This document shows positions 61,901 through 64,000 of a stretch of DNA of 64,000 bases, piece by piece. The notes beneath the pieces are model-generated. The model searched no databases. It saw only the letters and a list, made by a program, of their open reading frames with translations, and had not been told where the DNA came from. Every line of letters starts with the position of its first letter. The stretch's first letter is position 1. The DNA comes from Octopus sinensis (taxonomy: Eukaryota), in contig NC_042998.1 in NCBI RefSeq assembly GCF_006345805.1, forward strand, positions 93,124,001 to 93,188,000, read 5' to 3'. A program made the position numbers and the translations under genes.

Positions 61901-63689
61901 CATGTATATATACATATGTACATATATACATACATATATATATATATATATGTATATATACATGTATATATATATACATACATACATATATATATAATCT
62001 ATTTACATGAAGATAAATAAGTAAATATACATACAAACATACATATGTGTATGTGTGTGCCTGTGTGGCTGAGAAGTTTGCTTCCTAACCATGTGGTCTC
62101 AGGTTCTGTTAACTAGTGGGACCAACAAAAAGAAAAGGATTCCATCCAAGAAGACATAAATATTATTATTTAATGAGCTACTCTTAGTTTATGCTTAGAA
62201 TCGAACTAAAGTTCGCTTGACGTATGTCTTGATACTTTCGGTCTGGATTGCCCCCATAATATGTATATGGCATGCTATTTAAGCTCACCTAACTGCTGTA
62301 CTATTGTAAGCATTGTAAAGCATGAAATCTATGGTAGCTGAAATTTAAATCTTGTGTATATTAACACACACACATGCACACACACACAGATATGAACATG
62401 TCTCATTAGTACAAAACTCTGCCACATTCATCCTTCAAATCAATGGCATACATTTATCATCAAGTGAAAGTCTTAAACAGTATTTTTCCTCTCAACAACC
62501 ACTCTTTATCTTGCGGATTTGACATAAATATTTCCTTCATTTATAACATCCAAAAATTTTCACTCACACGAAGCTAAAATATATCAAACAGTTCCTACTC
62601 ATTAAATTGCTTTTGACATCTCTCATGAAAATGATTGATTACAGAAGATTTCACTGTCTAAGATGAACATTTATTTTTTTGTAGAAAACCTTGGAAACAT
62701 TAACTTCTCTCTCATATAATTGCATGCTGCATGTAAGGATCCATAATGTTATGATAGCGTGAGGAAAAATTTATAGCTTTGGTACACAAGTATAAACCTT
62801 AGCAATGAAGAATATTTCTATTATTTCATTATTTCGGTGTTTCTTATGTTTTTCTTTATATTCTTCATCATATTAAGTATTTGTTTTGTTAATTCTAAGT
62901 AGCTTTTCCATGTCTAGCATGTTTCTTACTGGAATGTTTTTTGTTCTCTTTTGGTTTTATTTGCACATATAATTGAAAGAATATTTTCGATTGCTAAGTA
63001 AACTATAATTATGTAACATCAAACATTTCAATAAAATTTATATCATAAATTAGAGGTTGGTTGTTATTTTGTATCCAAGCAAAATCTATTATATAAGAAT
63101 GGATGTATTTGTTAATGTTTAAGTGATAAAGTAGTAGTCGTTTGGTATATGGTAATTTATAATGTCACCTGATGTCTTGTAAAGAAGGATTTGTGATGAG
63201 AACTTGTGTGTCACATGTTGATTGGAGCTTAAAGCATCACAGTTAAAATTTTGTTTACAGTCCGCTTTCATCTTTGATAAACTGTTATACATTTCCCATT
63301 CCCCATCATCATCATCAACATCATTGTCATCATTATTATCATCGTTGTCGGTGTCGTCGTCATCATCATCATCATCATCATCACATACATACATGCACAC
63401 ATGCACACATACACACACACACATTCAGTCTAAAAAGAAATAGGTAAAACCAACAAGTTTGTATGTCTGCTATGTAGGTTTAGATATACTACATCATATC
63501 TGAATGCTGTTTAGTATGCAAATTGGGAGATTCAGTTCTCTAAAGTTGCTAGATTTCATGTGTATATAAACAGAATGGCAACTTGTTTCTCTGATATTGT
63601 TCAAGTGTTGTAGACATCTCATGATGTTTCCAATAATGGTCAAAAATTAGTTGGGGATGGTCATTAGAGAAGTTGATAATACTGACTTT

Positions 63690-63905
63690 TTTTTTCATCT
63701 TTTACTTGTTTTAGTAATTTGATTTTGGCCATGCTGGAGCACCACCTTGAAGGATTTTAGCTGAAAGAATCAACCCCCAAACCTTTTTCCTTTTAGAGCC
63801 TGGTACTTATTCTATTGGTCTCTTTTGCTGAACCACTATGTTACATGGATGTAACAACACACCAACACCGGTTGCCAAGCAGTGATGGTAGACAAACACA
63901 GACAT
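63690..63905 (-). mobile_element. SINE family B, 3' half
   Basis: TCTTTTACTTG...GGCCATGCTGGAGCACCACC...CCGGTTGCCAAGC. Confidence 0.7.
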
Positions 63906-64000
63906 AAAGACTTATACAGATAAAGACATGTATCGCCTTGACCTTTGAAATGTGGAGTAGATGAAATTAAGGCGACTGAAGAAGGGGAATTTTCCTTGTT

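Overview
AT-rich eukaryotic DNA packed with microsatellites ((ATT)n, (ATC)n, (TA)n, (ACAT)n, (TATC)n, (CA)n) and transposable elements. The SINE and LINE families resemble those of coleoid cephalopods (Octopus-like; inference from repeat content only). I found no convincing host protein-coding gene, rRNA, intact tRNA or CRISPR array, and most short ORFs in the track are microsatellite artefacts. All real coding capacity belongs to mobile elements. These are two near-complete Penelope-like elements (PLEs, RT + GIY-YIG, Neptune-type Cys linker), two further PLE endonuclease remnants, RTE-clade LINEs (one young 2.8-kb copy plus many decayed copies and 3' tails), two CR1/L2-like LINE copies, three R4/Dong-like RLE fragments, three Helitron derivatives, a Helentron-like element, Tc1/mariner derivatives, MITEs and many tRNA-derived SINEs. 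The most interesting layer is a set of seven minimal type I hammerhead-like motifs on both strands. Three sit about 135-150 nt downstream of a PLE endonuclease stop codon, several show U3-A8 core covariation or an extra core purine, and one follows a tRNA-like Pol III head. The frameshifts in both near-complete PLEs can be repaired by single-base run-length changes, so they may be assembly errors in intact, young elements. All structures were folded and aligned by eye.
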